This document shows positions 27,447-38,172 of a stretch of 55,013 nucleotides of DNA, one piece after another. The notes below the pieces were generated by a model that was not told the origin of the DNA, did no database searches, and saw only the letters and a program-made list of their open reading frames with translations. The translations under genes were made by a program, and so were the position numbers. This DNA comes from an uncultured Anaerolineae bacterium (GTDB lineage Bacteria; Chloroflexota; Anaerolineae; SpSt-600): assembly GCA_964655275.1 (NCBI GenBank), contig CAZZMI010000004.1, forward strand, positions 1-55,013. Reading direction: 5' to 3'. The first letter of the stretch is position 1. Each line of letters begins with the position of its first letter.

Positions 27447-28709
27447 ATGAGCAACGAACTGCAAATTGATGCCTACCCCCCGGCTAAGATGGCCAGCCGC
27501 ATGGAAGAAATAGGAGTCACCAAAGCGAAAATGGACTTCTGGACCATGTTCACTCTTGCCGTCCTGGCTGGCGCTTTCATTGCTACAGGAGGGATTTTCC
27601 TGACAACGGTGACAACAGGGCTAAGCGCAGCCGGTGTACCATATGGGTTGGTCCGGCTGGTAGGGGGCTTGGTTTTCTGCCTTGGCCTGATTGCTGTAGT
27701 GGTTGGAGGGGCAGAACTCTTCACTGGAAATAACCTCATAATTATGGCCTATGCCAGCGGCCGGATAACGACAGCTCAGCTACTCCGCAACTGGGCCATC
27801 GTATATGTCGGCAACTTCGTCGGCTCTGTATTGACAGCTCTGGTTATGTTCCTGACCGGTCAATACATGTTCGCCTCTGGAGCCCTTGGACTTAATGCTC
27901 TTTCCATCGCTAATGCCAAGTGCAACCTGGGATTTGTCCAGGCCATTGCCCTGGGCATCATGTGCAATGCCCTGGTTTGTCTAGCTGTATGGCTTTGCGC
28001 CTCAGCCCGGTCCACCACCGATAAAATCCTTTCCATCCTTTTCCCCATCACAGCTTTCGTCGCAGCTGGGTTTGAACACAGCATCGCTAACATGTATCTC
28101 ATTTCCATCGGGTTATTCATTAAATCATGGGCTCCACCAGCTTTCTGGGAAGCCATTGGCAGAGTGCCTGCCGACTTCCCTTATCTTACCTGGCCAGCTT
28201 TCTTCCTGAGGAACCTCCTGCCGGTGACCATAGGAAATATAATTGGCGGGGCGGGGTTCGTGGGTTTCATCTACTGGTTCGTATACCTTCGCCCGAAGAA
28301 GGTTGTAGAAGTTGCTCCGGGGATTATGCCACGAATTCTTGTGGTTGATGACGACCCGGATTTCGTGGATCTGTGCCGGAGAATCCTTTCTAAAGAGGGT
28401 TATCAGGTAAGCGCGGCCAGCGATGGCCAGCAAGCTCTGAGCATGATGCAGAACGAGCAACCCGACCTGGTGTTGCTGGATGTGATGATGAGAACCCCTC
28501 TGGAAGGGGTGACAGTGGCAGAAAAGATTGCGGCTGATCCCAAACTCAAGACAATTCCCGTGGTTATGGTTTCCAGCATAGATAGTAGCCAGTATGCTAA
28601 CCTACTGCCCGATACCCTCCATATCCCTGTGGATGCCTGGATAAGTAAGCCAATAGACCCGGATCACCTCGTGCGTACTGTCCGCCGCTACGTGAAAAGC
28701 AGACGATAA
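27447..28709 (+). CDS. focA: Formate/nitrite transporter (FocA/FdhC-like) fused to C-terminal receiver (REC) domain
   Basis: FNT motifs GAELFTGN, GFEHSIANM, PVTIGNIIGG; from aa ~294 a REC domain: ILVVDDD, DLVLLDVMM, SKP. Confidence 0.88.
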   Translation: MSNELQIDAYPPAKMASRMEEIGVTKAKMDFWTMFTLAVLAGAFIATGGIFLTTVTTGLSAAGVPYGLVRLVGGLVFCLGLIAVVVGGAELFTGNNLIIMAYASGRITTAQLLRNWAIVYVGNFVGSVLTALVMFLTGQYMFASGALGLNALSIANAKCNLGFVQAIALGIMCNALVCLAVWLCASARSTTDKILSILFPITAFVAAGFEHSIANMYLISIGLFIKSWAPPAFWEAIGRVPADFPYLTWPAFFLRNLLPVTIGNIIGGAGFVGFIYWFVYLRPKKVVEVAPGIMPRILVVDDDPDFVDLCRRILSKEGYQVSAASDGQQALSMMQNEQPDLVLLDVMMRTPLEGVTVAEKIAADPKLKTIPVVMVSSIDSSQYANLLPDTLHIPVDAWISKPIDPDHLVRTVRRYVKSRR

Positions 28710-28782
28710 ATAAAGGGTCTGGTGCTTTTCCCCGGCCAATGTTAAAATACATTATGAGATAACCTTTAACCCGGGGAAAAAC

Positions 28783-29952
28783 ATGAATACTTCCATACGC
28801 GTTTTGGTTGTAGACGACGAAATCGGCATCAGAGAAGGATGCCGACGGGTATTAGCCCCACGTGGTTTTGAAGTAGATGTAGCCGAGAACGGCCCTACAG
28901 GTTTACACAAACTTCGGGAATCCCGTTATGATGTTCTTTTGTTGGACATAGTAATGCCCGGAATGAGCGGGATGGAGGTTCTCCGCCAGGCCCGCCAGAT
29001 AGATCCCGATCTCATCTGCATCGTCATTACAGGTTATGCCACTGTGGAGCTGGCTGTTCAGGCTATCCGTGAAGGGGCCCATGATTTCATCGCCAAACCT
29101 TTCTCCGGCGACCTTCTCTTACAGGTCATAAACCGGGAACTGGAACGGAGAACTCTTCGCAAAGAAGCGGAGCGGCTTAAAGCTTTGGAAGAGGAAGCGC
29201 GTGAACTGGCCCGCACCAAGGCCGAGCTTCAAAAGCTGGAAGCCGTAGAGAGCCGCTTTATGCTCACTCTGGTGCACATATTGCGAGCCCCTGTAGCTGT
29301 CATCCAGAACACAATCCAATTAATCCGCAAAGGATACATTCCGCCCGAGGAACAATCGGAAGCATTGGAACGCCTTGAAATAAGGGCTACAGAGTTGCTA
29401 ACAACTTTGGATGACCTTTTACTTTTAGCACACCTTAAGGAGAGGATTGGCTTAAGCAAAGCGGAAAAAGTCTCCTTGGCAGAAGTGCTGAACGAGGTCC
29501 TGGCTAACCTGAAACCTTCTGCTGACCGGCAGGGCTTGACCCTGGAAGTTGATATAAGGGATTCTCCACGAGTGCAGGCCAATCCCGATCACATAAAAGC
29601 CGTTTGGAAACATCTTATTGATAATGCTATCCGCTATACTCCCTCAGGCGGTCGGATAACTATATCGGTCTGGCCCGATCATGAGCGCAGGATGGCTGTT
29701 GGTGCTGTTTCTGATACTGGTATCGGGATCCCGGTTGATGAAATTCCTCGCATCTTTGAGGAGTTCTACCGAACTCAGGAAGCAAAGCGCATGCACGAGA
29801 TAGGCACTGGCTTGGGCCTGCCCATTGTCAGGCAGGTGGTGGAAATGTATGGAGGGACAATTGAAGTGGAGTCTGAAGTTGGCAAGGGAAGCACTTTCCG
29901 CTTCATGTTGCCTTTGGCAGAAGATCAGGACGATTTAGTTAAGCTCTGTTGA
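28783..29952 (+). CDS. Hybrid REC-histidine kinase (atypical H-box)
   Basis: VLVVDDE, LLLDIVMP, AKPF; VHILRAP; DNAIRYT, DTGIGI, GTGLGL. Confidence 0.9.
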   Translation: MNTSIRVLVVDDEIGIREGCRRVLAPRGFEVDVAENGPTGLHKLRESRYDVLLLDIVMPGMSGMEVLRQARQIDPDLICIVITGYATVELAVQAIREGAHDFIAKPFSGDLLLQVINRELERRTLRKEAERLKALEEEARELARTKAELQKLEAVESRFMLTLVHILRAPVAVIQNTIQLIRKGYIPPEEQSEALERLEIRATELLTTLDDLLLLAHLKERIGLSKAEKVSLAEVLNEVLANLKPSADRQGLTLEVDIRDSPRVQANPDHIKAVWKHLIDNAIRYTPSGGRITISVWPDHERRMAVGAVSDTGIGIPVDEIPRIFEEFYRTQEAKRMHEIGTGLGLPIVRQVVEMYGGTIEVESEVGKGSTFRFMLPLAEDQDDLVKLC

Positions 29953-29975
29953 TGTTCTGTAGGAAGGGGGAAGAC

Positions 29976-31952
29976 GTGAAAAAATTTCTCTTGCAGCTTC
30001 TGGGTGGGCGATTAAGAACTACCCTCATTATATCCTTTGCCCTGGTGGCTGTCCTGACGGTAGGGCTGAATGCCATTGCGGTCTCCCGCGTCATAAATGA
30101 TTATCTGTCCTCGGCCGAGGCAGAAAGGGTGGCGCGGGACATGAAACTGGCCGAGACCTTATATCAGCTTAAACTTGATGAGGTTGCCGCTATAAGCCAC
30201 CGGCTGGCACTTGACCAGTGGGTTCTGGAGAACTTTCCCAAAGCTGCCCAAAAAGACCCGCATGCGATCCAGATCATTGACCGGCAAATTACCAACAAAA
30301 TAATCGTCCTGGCCCTGGGCGGCACACACCTCATAGCCCTTTTAGATACTGAGGGCAACCTGGTAACCGGAAAGGTGCTCTGGCCCGATGGAGAACTCTC
30401 TCCTCCGTTGACCGAAGGACAGTTCGGTGATCTGCCCATTTTCCGCACCACTATAGAAACCGGCAAACCCCAGGCGGCTACTGAGATAATCCCGAAAGAG
30501 ATCCTGGCTCAAGTTGGGCTGGATAAACAGGCCTATATTCCATTGCTTGAAACACCATTGGCCGCTCCAGAACCCTTTGACCCTCGGGAGGGGACAGCAG
30601 GTCTGGCCTTGGTGGGAGTTTTCCCGCTCAAGGACAACGAAGGAAATCTCTTTGGAGCTGTCCTTTCGGCCTACATGTTCAATAATGATTATACCCTGGT
30701 GGATCGGATTAAAGAGGTTGCCGGGATAGACACCGTTACCATATTCTTAGGAGATTTGCGGGTCTCCACCAACGTAACTGATGAGGCAGGACGCCGCGCT
30801 ATAGGTACCCGAATCTCCCAAACAGTCCGCAAGGTTGTCCTGGAGGAGGGTCAGGAATATATTGGGCGTGCCTTTGTGGTGAAGGAATGGTTTATAACCC
30901 GGTATGAACCGCTTAGGGACCACAAGGGCAATGTAGTAGGTAGTTTATATGTCGGGGCACGAGAATCCACTTTCCTGGCTTTAGTCCGGGCCTTCAACCA
31001 GCGAGTTGCTTTGATAGCTATAGTTTGTATTCTGTTAGCGGCGGCTATTGCCTTCCCCATTGGTCACCTTATAATGCTGCCTCTTACCGAACTGCTGGAA
31101 GCACATCGCCGTCTGGCGGCTGGGGACATGTCTGTCCGGGTTAATATTTACGGCAATGGTGAACTGGCTGTATTGGGCCGCTCCTTCAACAGCATGGTGG
31201 AAACCCTGTACCGTGCTCAGCAAGAGCTTATCCACAAAGAGAAACTGGCCTCCATGGGGCAGCTTGCCGCCGGTGTGGCTCATGAGTTGAACAACCCTCT
31301 TGGCACCATAATGCTTTTTGCTGATGCCCTTGCCCAGGAGCTTCCACCTGATCATCCTTATCAGAAGGATTTAAAGATGATCTTGGATGAAGCAAACCGT
31401 GCTAAGAAAATAGTGGCTGGACTCCTTAACTTCGCCCGCCAGCAAGAGGTATTGGCTCAGGACACCGACCTGCATAGCTTACTGGACCAGGTTCTGGAGA
31501 ACCTCCGGCATCAGCCAATCTTTGCCGGAATAGAAATCGTCAAACATTATGACCCGAAAGTCCGCATTATTCAGGCGGATCCCGCTCAACTGCAACAGGT
31601 TTTCATCAACCTCCTCACGAATGCCGCTGAAGCCATAAACGGGCCCGGAACTATAACCGTAACCACGCGAGCTTTAAATGGACAGGTAGAGATCTCAATA
31701 GCCGACACCGGATGTGGCATTCCTCCAGAGCATATGAACAAGCTTTTCACCCCCTTCTTTACCACAAAGCCACCAGGTAAAGGGACAGGACTTGGTCTTT
31801 CCATCGTCTATGGGATTGTTAAAATGCATAGAGGACAGATCAATGTCCAGAGCGAGGTAGGCAAAGGGACGACCTTCACAATTACTTTACCGGTGCGATG
31901 GATGGGGAAAGCGGAGCGTCCGATTTCTTCCTTTGAGGAAACCATTGGCTGA
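29976..31952 (+). CDS. Membrane sensor histidine kinase (Cache-HAMP-HisKA-HATPase, NtrB-like core)
   Basis: Two TMs flanking a Cache-like region ([13 protein letters not shown]...RAIGT), [36 protein letters not shown]; GTG start 29976 chosen on RBS. Confidence 0.9.
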   Translation: MKKFLLQLLGGRLRTTLIISFALVAVLTVGLNAIAVSRVINDYLSSAEAERVARDMKLAETLYQLKLDEVAAISHRLALDQWVLENFPKAAQKDPHAIQIIDRQITNKIIVLALGGTHLIALLDTEGNLVTGKVLWPDGELSPPLTEGQFGDLPIFRTTIETGKPQAATEIIPKEILAQVGLDKQAYIPLLETPLAAPEPFDPREGTAGLALVGVFPLKDNEGNLFGAVLSAYMFNNDYTLVDRIKEVAGIDTVTIFLGDLRVSTNVTDEAGRRAIGTRISQTVRKVVLEEGQEYIGRAFVVKEWFITRYEPLRDHKGNVVGSLYVGARESTFLALVRAFNQRVALIAIVCILLAAAIAFPIGHLIMLPLTELLEAHRRLAAGDMSVRVNIYGNGELAVLGRSFNSMVETLYRAQQELIHKEKLASMGQLAAGVAHELNNPLGTIMLFADALAQELPPDHPYQKDLKMILDEANRAKKIVAGLLNFARQQEVLAQDTDLHSLLDQVLENLRHQPIFAGIEIVKHYDPKVRIIQADPAQLQQVFINLLTNAAEAINGPGTITVTTRALNGQVEISIADTGCGIPPEHMNKLFTPFFTTKPPGKGTGLGLSIVYGIVKMHRGQINVQSEVGKGTTFTITLPVRWMGKAERPISSFEETIG

Positions 31953-31963
31953 GGTGGCTTATT

Positions 31964-33115
31964 ATGAGCGAACCCCCGCGCATACTTGTGATTGATGACG
32001 AGGAAGGAATCCGAGCAGGCTGCCGAAGGGTCTTGGAGCCAGAGGGCTATATAGTGGAAACTGCAGCCACTGGGCAGGAAGGACTGCGTCTATTTATGGA
32101 AGGGAACTTTGACCTGGTACTCTTAGATGTAGTCCTCCCTGATATGCGCGGTATTGACCTTTTAAAGCCAATGCTGGAGAAGGACCCGGATGTTATATGT
32201 GTGATCATTACAGGTTACGCTACCATAGAACTGGCAGTCCAGGCTATCCGGGCCGGTGCTTATGATTTCCTTTCCAAACCCTTTACGGCGGATGTTTTGA
32301 AACTGGTTGTAGCCCAGGGTCTGGAGCGACGACGACTTTCTTTAGAGGCAAAACGCCTGCAAAAAATTGAAGAAGAAGCGCGAGAGCTTGCGCGCGCCAA
32401 GGAGGAATTGGAGCGGCTGGATCGCTTTAAGACTATGTTCATGCTTACAGTAGCTCATGAGCTACGCGCTCCCCTGAATGCCCTCCAGAGCTTCCTCCTG
32501 GCAATCCTTAAAGGATACATACCCCCTGAAGAGCAAAGGGAAGTTCTGGAGCGGGCTGCTCAACGGACACAGGATCTGATAAACCTGGTGGATGACCTTC
32601 TTAAACTCGCTGCAGCCAAGAGCGAAAAAGGGCTGGAAAAGCGTGAACCCATCTCTTTGGCCGATGTCCTGGAAAAAATATTCCCTCTCTTTAAAGCCGA
32701 GGCAGATTCAAAAGGCATTAATTGCACTCTGGAAATTCGTCAGCGGCCAATCGTTCAAGCCGACCCGGACCAGATGGCTCAGGTATGGAGCAACCTCATT
32801 TCTAATGCGGTGAAATACACTATGCCCGGTGGGAAAGTGCAGGTTATTCTGGAAGAGCGAGACGGATGGGCCATAGGGATAGTAGAGGATACTGGCATTG
32901 GCATTGCCCGGGAAGATTTAGAGCGAATATTTGAAGAATTCTACCGCACTCCTCAAGCTAAAAAATTGGTGCCTCACGGAACCGGGCTCGGGCTTCCTTT
33001 GGTCAAACAAATTGTGGAGGCTCATGGAGGAAATATAACGGTGGAATCAGAATTAGGACGCGGAAGCCGCTTCACATTTCGGATACCCGTAATAGAAAAA
33101 AACCGGCCGGATTGA
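31964..33115 (+). CDS. Hybrid REC-histidine kinase (paralog of 28783-29952)
   Basis: [43 protein letters not shown]. Confidence 0.9.
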   Translation: MSEPPRILVIDDEEGIRAGCRRVLEPEGYIVETAATGQEGLRLFMEGNFDLVLLDVVLPDMRGIDLLKPMLEKDPDVICVIITGYATIELAVQAIRAGAYDFLSKPFTADVLKLVVAQGLERRRLSLEAKRLQKIEEEARELARAKEELERLDRFKTMFMLTVAHELRAPLNALQSFLLAILKGYIPPEEQREVLERAAQRTQDLINLVDDLLKLAAAKSEKGLEKREPISLADVLEKIFPLFKAEADSKGINCTLEIRQRPIVQADPDQMAQVWSNLISNAVKYTMPGGKVQVILEERDGWAIGIVEDTGIGIAREDLERIFEEFYRTPQAKKLVPHGTGLGLPLVKQIVEAHGGNITVESELGRGSRFTFRIPVIEKNRPD

Positions 33116-33148
33116 TTAACAAAACCGGCCGGCCTTTACAGTCTATGT

Positions 33149-33529
33149 CTATTTCTTCTTTAAAGCCTCTTCTATCCGCGCCAGCAACTGGTCCGGATCT
33201 ATTGGTTTGTGTATCCACTCATCCACCGGAACATACTCCCCGGATGGAGCTATACCTTGAGCCCGCGCTCCAGTGAGCGAGGTCACCATTATGACCGGGA
33301 TATCTTTAAGTTCTGGATCCTGCGCCATCTCACGGCTGACATCAATTCCGTCCAAGATGTAGGACATCATGATGTCCAGAAGCACCAGATCGGGCTTTTC
33401 TTTGCGCATTACCCGGAGCGCTTCCTGACCGCTGGCGGCGGTAATCACCTCGTAACCTTTAGTTTTGAGAATCCGCTGAGTAAGTTTAACGAAATCAGGA
33501 TCATCATCCACTACCAGGATTTTAGCCAT
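33149..33529 (-). CDS. Single-domain response regulator (last gene of fdh operon)
   Basis: ILVVDDDPD, DLVLLDIMM, HKPID; 126 aa, no output domain. Confidence 0.9.
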   Translation of the reverse strand: MAKILVVDDDPDFVKLTQRILKTKGYEVITAASGQEALRVMRKEKPDLVLLDIMMSYILDGIDVSREMAQDPELKDIPVIMVTSLTGARAQGIAPSGEYVPVDEWIHKPIDPDQLLARIEEALKKK

Positions 33530-33549
33530 TTCCCACCTCCTTATCCAAG

Positions 33550-34278
33550 CTAATGCCCACCCTTGTGTGCGGCCTCCCGCTTCTTAGCTTCCCATATCTC
33601 CATCGCCCTCTTGGGGCCATAGAACCACTTGGCGTGGTGCTCAGCAGCGTAATCGGCAGAAGTTACACCAAACCGCATGCTTACCAGGGCTGCCCACATG
33701 AGCGGGTGAGCTACTGCAAGGTAAAGGTGAATCAGGAACATGCATGCCGAGGCAATCATAGCCAGGTCGTGGAAGAGCACCGCCCAGCGGAAAATGATCG
33801 GCGAAACCACCCCTTTCCCGAACCACATAATGAGCCCAGTAATCCCAAAAACTACCCAAGCAATAATCATTACTAGGCCATTTAGTTTCTCACCAGCATT
33901 GAAACGGCCCTGAGGTGGCATTGCCTCATGTCTTCCGAAGAGGTAGTAGGGAATAGCACCCTTTAACCAGCCAATATCCTCTTTTTCGGGAAGGAAATCA
34001 CGGATATTCATAATGAAGCGGCGAGGTTGTATTATGGCGTAGAGGATGGGCACAAGGCCGAAGAACACCGCAGCAATGCGATGGATCAACCTGAGGAAAA
34101 TGCCTGCTTCCCCCTGAGCCAAAGGTTGCAAGAAGGGGAAATAGAGGACCATCCCAGTCAGAAGCAGGGGAATGAAGGTAGCGGTATGGGCCCAGTGGAC
34201 TATTCTTTCCATAAGGGTGTACTTTGGAATCCACTGGATCGTGACAATTTCCGGTTTGCCTTTAATCTGGACGCTCAT
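33550..34278 (-). CDS. fdnI: Formate dehydrogenase gamma subunit (cytochrome b)
   Basis: ERIVHW, RLIHR, GRFNAGEK, LFHD, IHLY, AEHHAKW heme-ligand pattern. Confidence 0.92.
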   Translation of the reverse strand: MSVQIKGKPEIVTIQWIPKYTLMERIVHWAHTATFIPLLLTGMVLYFPFLQPLAQGEAGIFLRLIHRIAAVFFGLVPILYAIIQPRRFIMNIRDFLPEKEDIGWLKGAIPYYLFGRHEAMPPQGRFNAGEKLNGLVMIIAWVVFGITGLIMWFGKGVVSPIIFRWAVLFHDLAMIASACMFLIHLYLAVAHPLMWAALVSMRFGVTSADYAAEHHAKWFYGPKRAMEIWEAKKREAAHKGGH

Positions 34279-35075
34279 TTCACCTCCTCCATGCGAATAT
34301 TACGGCGCGCGATAAAGAAAGCCCCCAGAATGCCCAGGATGGTGGCGCCAAAAGCCACTCCACCCAGAGGCTGGACCACTTTCTGCCACACAGTGGCCAG
34401 GGCAGGGAATTCCACCTTAGCGGGCAGACCATATGCCTCCGGCGGAGCTATTAAAACGTAGATCCGGCCAAGGCCCCCTACTTCATTGACCCCATACACA
34501 TTAGCCTGGGTGTAGCCGCGAGCCTTCAGCTCTTCCACCCTGGCCATAGCTTTAGCCACAATCTCTTCCCGATCACCAAAATCTAAAGCTTTGGCCGGGC
34601 AAGTTTTGACACAGGACGGAAGCAGGCCATTGGTCACCCGATCTTGACAAAAAGTGCATTTATAGGATTTCCCTTTTCCGGTAAGTGGATCAAACTCTAG
34701 CCTGGGGATATTGAAGGGACAAAACTGAGAGCAGTAGCCACAACCATTGCATAGCTCACGCTCTAGGGTGACCATGCCATAAGGATGTTTCTTCAAAGCC
34801 CCGGTGGGGCAAACAGCCACGCATGCCGGATTGCCACAGTGCATGCACCCTTCCTTCAAGAAAAGCCAGCGGAAACCATCCGGCCCCGTGTACTCAGTGA
34901 AGCGGATGCGGGTCCAGGTATGAGGTGAAAGATCCGGCGGGTTCTCGTAGGTGCCCCGGTTGCGAGTACGGGAATAGAGCCACCCTTCCCGATCGTTCCA
35001 CTGCTTACAGGCAACCTGGCAACCACGGCATCCAACGCACTGGGAGGTATCAATTAACATTGCTAATCTTGCCAT
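34275..35075 (-). CDS. fdnH: Formate dehydrogenase beta (iron-sulfur) subunit
   Basis: CVGCRGCQVAC, CMHC..PACVAVCP, CNGCGYCSQFCP, CTFC..PSCVKTCP; C-terminal TM helix. Confidence 0.93.
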   Translation of the reverse strand: MARLAMLIDTSQCVGCRGCQVACKQWNDREGWLYSRTRNRGTYENPPDLSPHTWTRIRFTEYTGPDGFRWLFLKEGCMHCGNPACVAVCPTGALKKHPYGMVTLERELCNGCGYCSQFCPFNIPRLEFDPLTGKGKSYKCTFCQDRVTNGLLPSCVKTCPAKALDFGDREEIVAKAMARVEELKARGYTQANVYGVNEVGGLGRIYVLIAPPEAYGLPAKVEFPALATVWQKVVQPLGGVAFGATILGILGAFFIARRNIRMEEVK

Positions 35076-35085
35076 GTTTCACCTC

Positions 35086-38000
35086 CTACGCTTTCTCTAT
35101 ATCAACAAGGAAAGCCTTGAATTCCGGCATAAGTGTGGCTGGGTCACAGGCATGGGGGGTAAGGAAGTTAGCAGTGCTCTGGACCAGATCTTTCACGCCT
35201 ACATCGTAAGGCAAGCCCTTCCAGCCCCAGTGCCAGGGCAGCCCTACCACATGCACGGTCTTGCCGTTAACCTGTAGTGGCTTGATACGCGCAGTAACGA
35301 TGGCTATGGCCTCAATCTCCCCGCGGGCGGACTTAACCTTCACCTTGTCGCCGTTCTTGATGCCCTTCTCGGCAGCCAGCTCCTGGCTCATCTCCACGAA
35401 CATCTCCGGCTGAGCCTCCACCAGCCAGTCCAGCCAGCGAGACATGCCACCCGCTTGCCAGTGCTCTACTAAGCGGTATGTAGTAGCAACGATGGGGAAT
35501 TTATCGGGAGTGCCATAGTTATCACCAATGTCCTTACCCTCATCGGTCCTGTAAACTTTGGCGACTGGGTTGGTCTGCTGGCTGGAAAGGAGGTTCTTCA
35601 CCGGAGACTCAATGGGCTCATAATGCTCCGGCAAGGGGCCTTCGGGCATCGGGGCAAAGAGTGCACCTTTGCCGTGAATCATCATGATAAATGGATCGCG
35701 CCCACCGGGGTCAGTAGGGGCCTTGGTAGCCGGGAAGTCAGGCACATCATAACCTACCCACTTCTTCTGGGCTTCATCCCACCAGATGTACTTGCGGTCC
35801 TCTGACCAGGGTTTGCCATTAGGATCAGCAGAACAGCGGTTGTAGACGATACGGCGGTTAGCGGGCCAAGCCCAACCCCAGTATGGATAGTTGCCGTAAC
35901 CACCAGGGTCATAAACACTATTGCGTCGCTTGGCCGCGGGCATCATGTTACCGAACCCATCGGGCTGGAGGGAGAAGTAGCCGGTGTAAATCCAAGCACC
36001 GCAAGCAGTGGAACCATTGTCCTGGAGGTGAGCGAAGGTGCTAAGCACTGTCCCTTTCTTGGCCAGGATGTTCCCTTCCGCATCCTTCACATCTTCCAGA
36101 GCATAACCGTTAATTTCCTGAGCTACCTTTTCAATATCCAGCTCTTCACCGTAGTCCCACTTCAGGTGAATAATGGGGTCTGGGAAAGGACCAGGGTCGG
36201 CTTTGTAAAGTTCCTTGAGCTTCAGAGCGATGAGGTTAATGATCTGATGGTCAGGTTTCGCTTCACCCGGGGGCTCGGCAACTTTAGGCCGCCACTGGAT
36301 AGTGCGACCGCTGGTGACTATGCTGCCGGGTTTCTCCATTGCATCAGCTGCAGGCAGGACGAAAACCTCAGTCTTGATCTGGGTTGGGTCCTCACCCGGA
36401 GCCCGCCAGAAAGAGGTGGTCTCGGTGTCAAAGATTTCCTGAACTACAAGCCAATCCAGCTTCTTAAGAGCCTCTCGCTCAAAGCGGGAGTTTGGACCAC
36501 AGACCGCCGGGTTCTGTCCCATAATCCAGAGCCCCTTGATTTTGCCAGCATACATGGCTTCAAACATCGGGACCCAGGAGTGGTTAGCCGGGACATCGGG
36601 CTTAGGTAGGTAATCGTAGGCAAAATCGTTGGCCGTGGTAGCATGATCGCCCCACCATGCCTTCAGCAGGCTGATCAGGAACTTAGGGCCATTGACCCAA
36701 TAACCGCCCGACCAGGGGCCACCAGGCTTGGTCTTGTTCTCAATGTATGTCTTGAGATCTTTATCAGCAGGTGTGGGAACAGGCAAGTAACCAGGCAGAA
36801 TGTGAGCCAGAACTCCCATATCCGTGGAGCCCTGCACGTTGGACTCACCGCGCAAGGCATTAACACCACCACCAGGGATGCCGATGTTGCCCAGGAGCAG
36901 CTGGACAATGGCGAGAGCACGCACATTTTGGGAACCTACAGTGTGTTGAGTCTGACCCATTGCATAGAGGATAGTGCCGGCTTTGCCTGGCCGTCCTGAT
37001 TCAGCATATGTCTTGTAGATTTTCTCCAACAAATCCTTCGGGATGCCCGTAACCTGGGAAACGGTGTCCAAGGTGTAGCGAGCGTAATGGCGTTTCATTA
37101 TCTGGAAAACACACCTGGGATGCTGAAGCGTTTCATCGCGCAGAGGTTTGCCTTCTTCGTCGGTCTGGTAAGTCCATGTGGAACGGTCATAAGCACGCTT
37201 CTCAGGATTGTAACCCGAGAAAAGCCCGTCCAACTCATCGGGACCTTTATAATCGGGATGGACAAGGAAGGAAGCATTGGTGTAATGGACGACGTACTCC
37301 TTGTGGTAAAGCTCGTTATCCAAGATGTACTTAATCATTCCACCGAAGAAGGCAATATCAGTTCCTGGGCGGATTTGAGCAAAGATATCAGCCTGGGTGG
37401 CGGTACGAGTAAAGCGTGGGTCTACAACGATGACCTTAGCTCCGCGCTTCCTCTGGGCTTCATGGATCCATGTCATAGAAGCTGGGTGGTTTTCCGCAGC
37501 ATTGGAACCTATGATAAGGATGTAATCGGCATTTTTGATGTCCACCCAGTGGTTGGTCATTACTCCGCGACCATATGTGGGGCCGAGACCGGCCACCGTT
37601 GGGGAGTGTCATATCCGCGCTTGGTGGTCTATGTAGACCAGACCTAAGGCTCGGGTTAGCTTGACTGCCAGGTAACACTCTTCGGAGTTATTGGCCGCAC
37701 CGCCGAGGAAGGCAATAGCCTGGGTGCGGTTAACGGTTACCCCCTGCTCATTGGTGCGCTCAAAGGTAGCATCGCGGGTAGCTTTGATCCGCTTGGCAAT
37801 TTCGGTAATTGCCCAGTCCCATTCAACTTCTTGCCACTCCTTAGCGCCGGGAGCACGATAGAGGGGCTTCTTCAGACGGAGAGGGCTCTGGGAAAGCTGC
37901 CGGACAGAGATAGATTTGGGGTCAAGGGCACCACGGTTATGAGGGTTGTCCGGGTCACCTTCAGCGTTTATAATGTGCCCATCTGGGCCGGTAGCTATTA

Positions 38001-38172
38001 TCAGACCACAACCGCAGGAGCAGTATGGACAGATGGTCGCTGCTTCCTTTACTTTCTTATGAAGTGGGAAAACCGGGACAGTGGTAGCTGCCAGAGCTTT
38101 TGATGAAGGTATAAGTAAACTTCCGCTGGCTGCAGCTGTCAGTTTCAGGAATTCCCTTCGTGTAATCTTCAT
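35086..38172 (-). CDS. fdnG: Formate dehydrogenase alpha subunit, selenocysteine-containing, Tat-exported (1028 aa with UGA read-through)
   Basis: ORFs 37609-38172 and 35086-37596 are in the same frame, joined by HQARI-UGA-HSPTV; Tat motif TRREFLK; CPYCSCGC; ALRGESNVQG; SECIS immediately 3' of the UGA. Confidence 0.95.
37577..37611 (-). promoter_or_regulatory. Sec UGA codon (37611-37609) and bacterial SECIS element
   Basis: UGA CAC UCC CCA ACG GUG GCC GGU CUC GGC CCC AC: GGCCG/CGGCC stem with GUCU loop, at the same position and with a similar apical sequence as the E. coli fdhF SECIS. Confidence 0.85.

Noticed and set aside
35075-35090. parS half-site TGTTTCAC
   Set aside because: The second half is absent; this is the RBS/start region of fdnH.
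35086-38172. fdnG as a split gene or pseudogene
   Set aside because: The interruption is a single in-frame UGA at the conserved Sec position with a SECIS hairpin.
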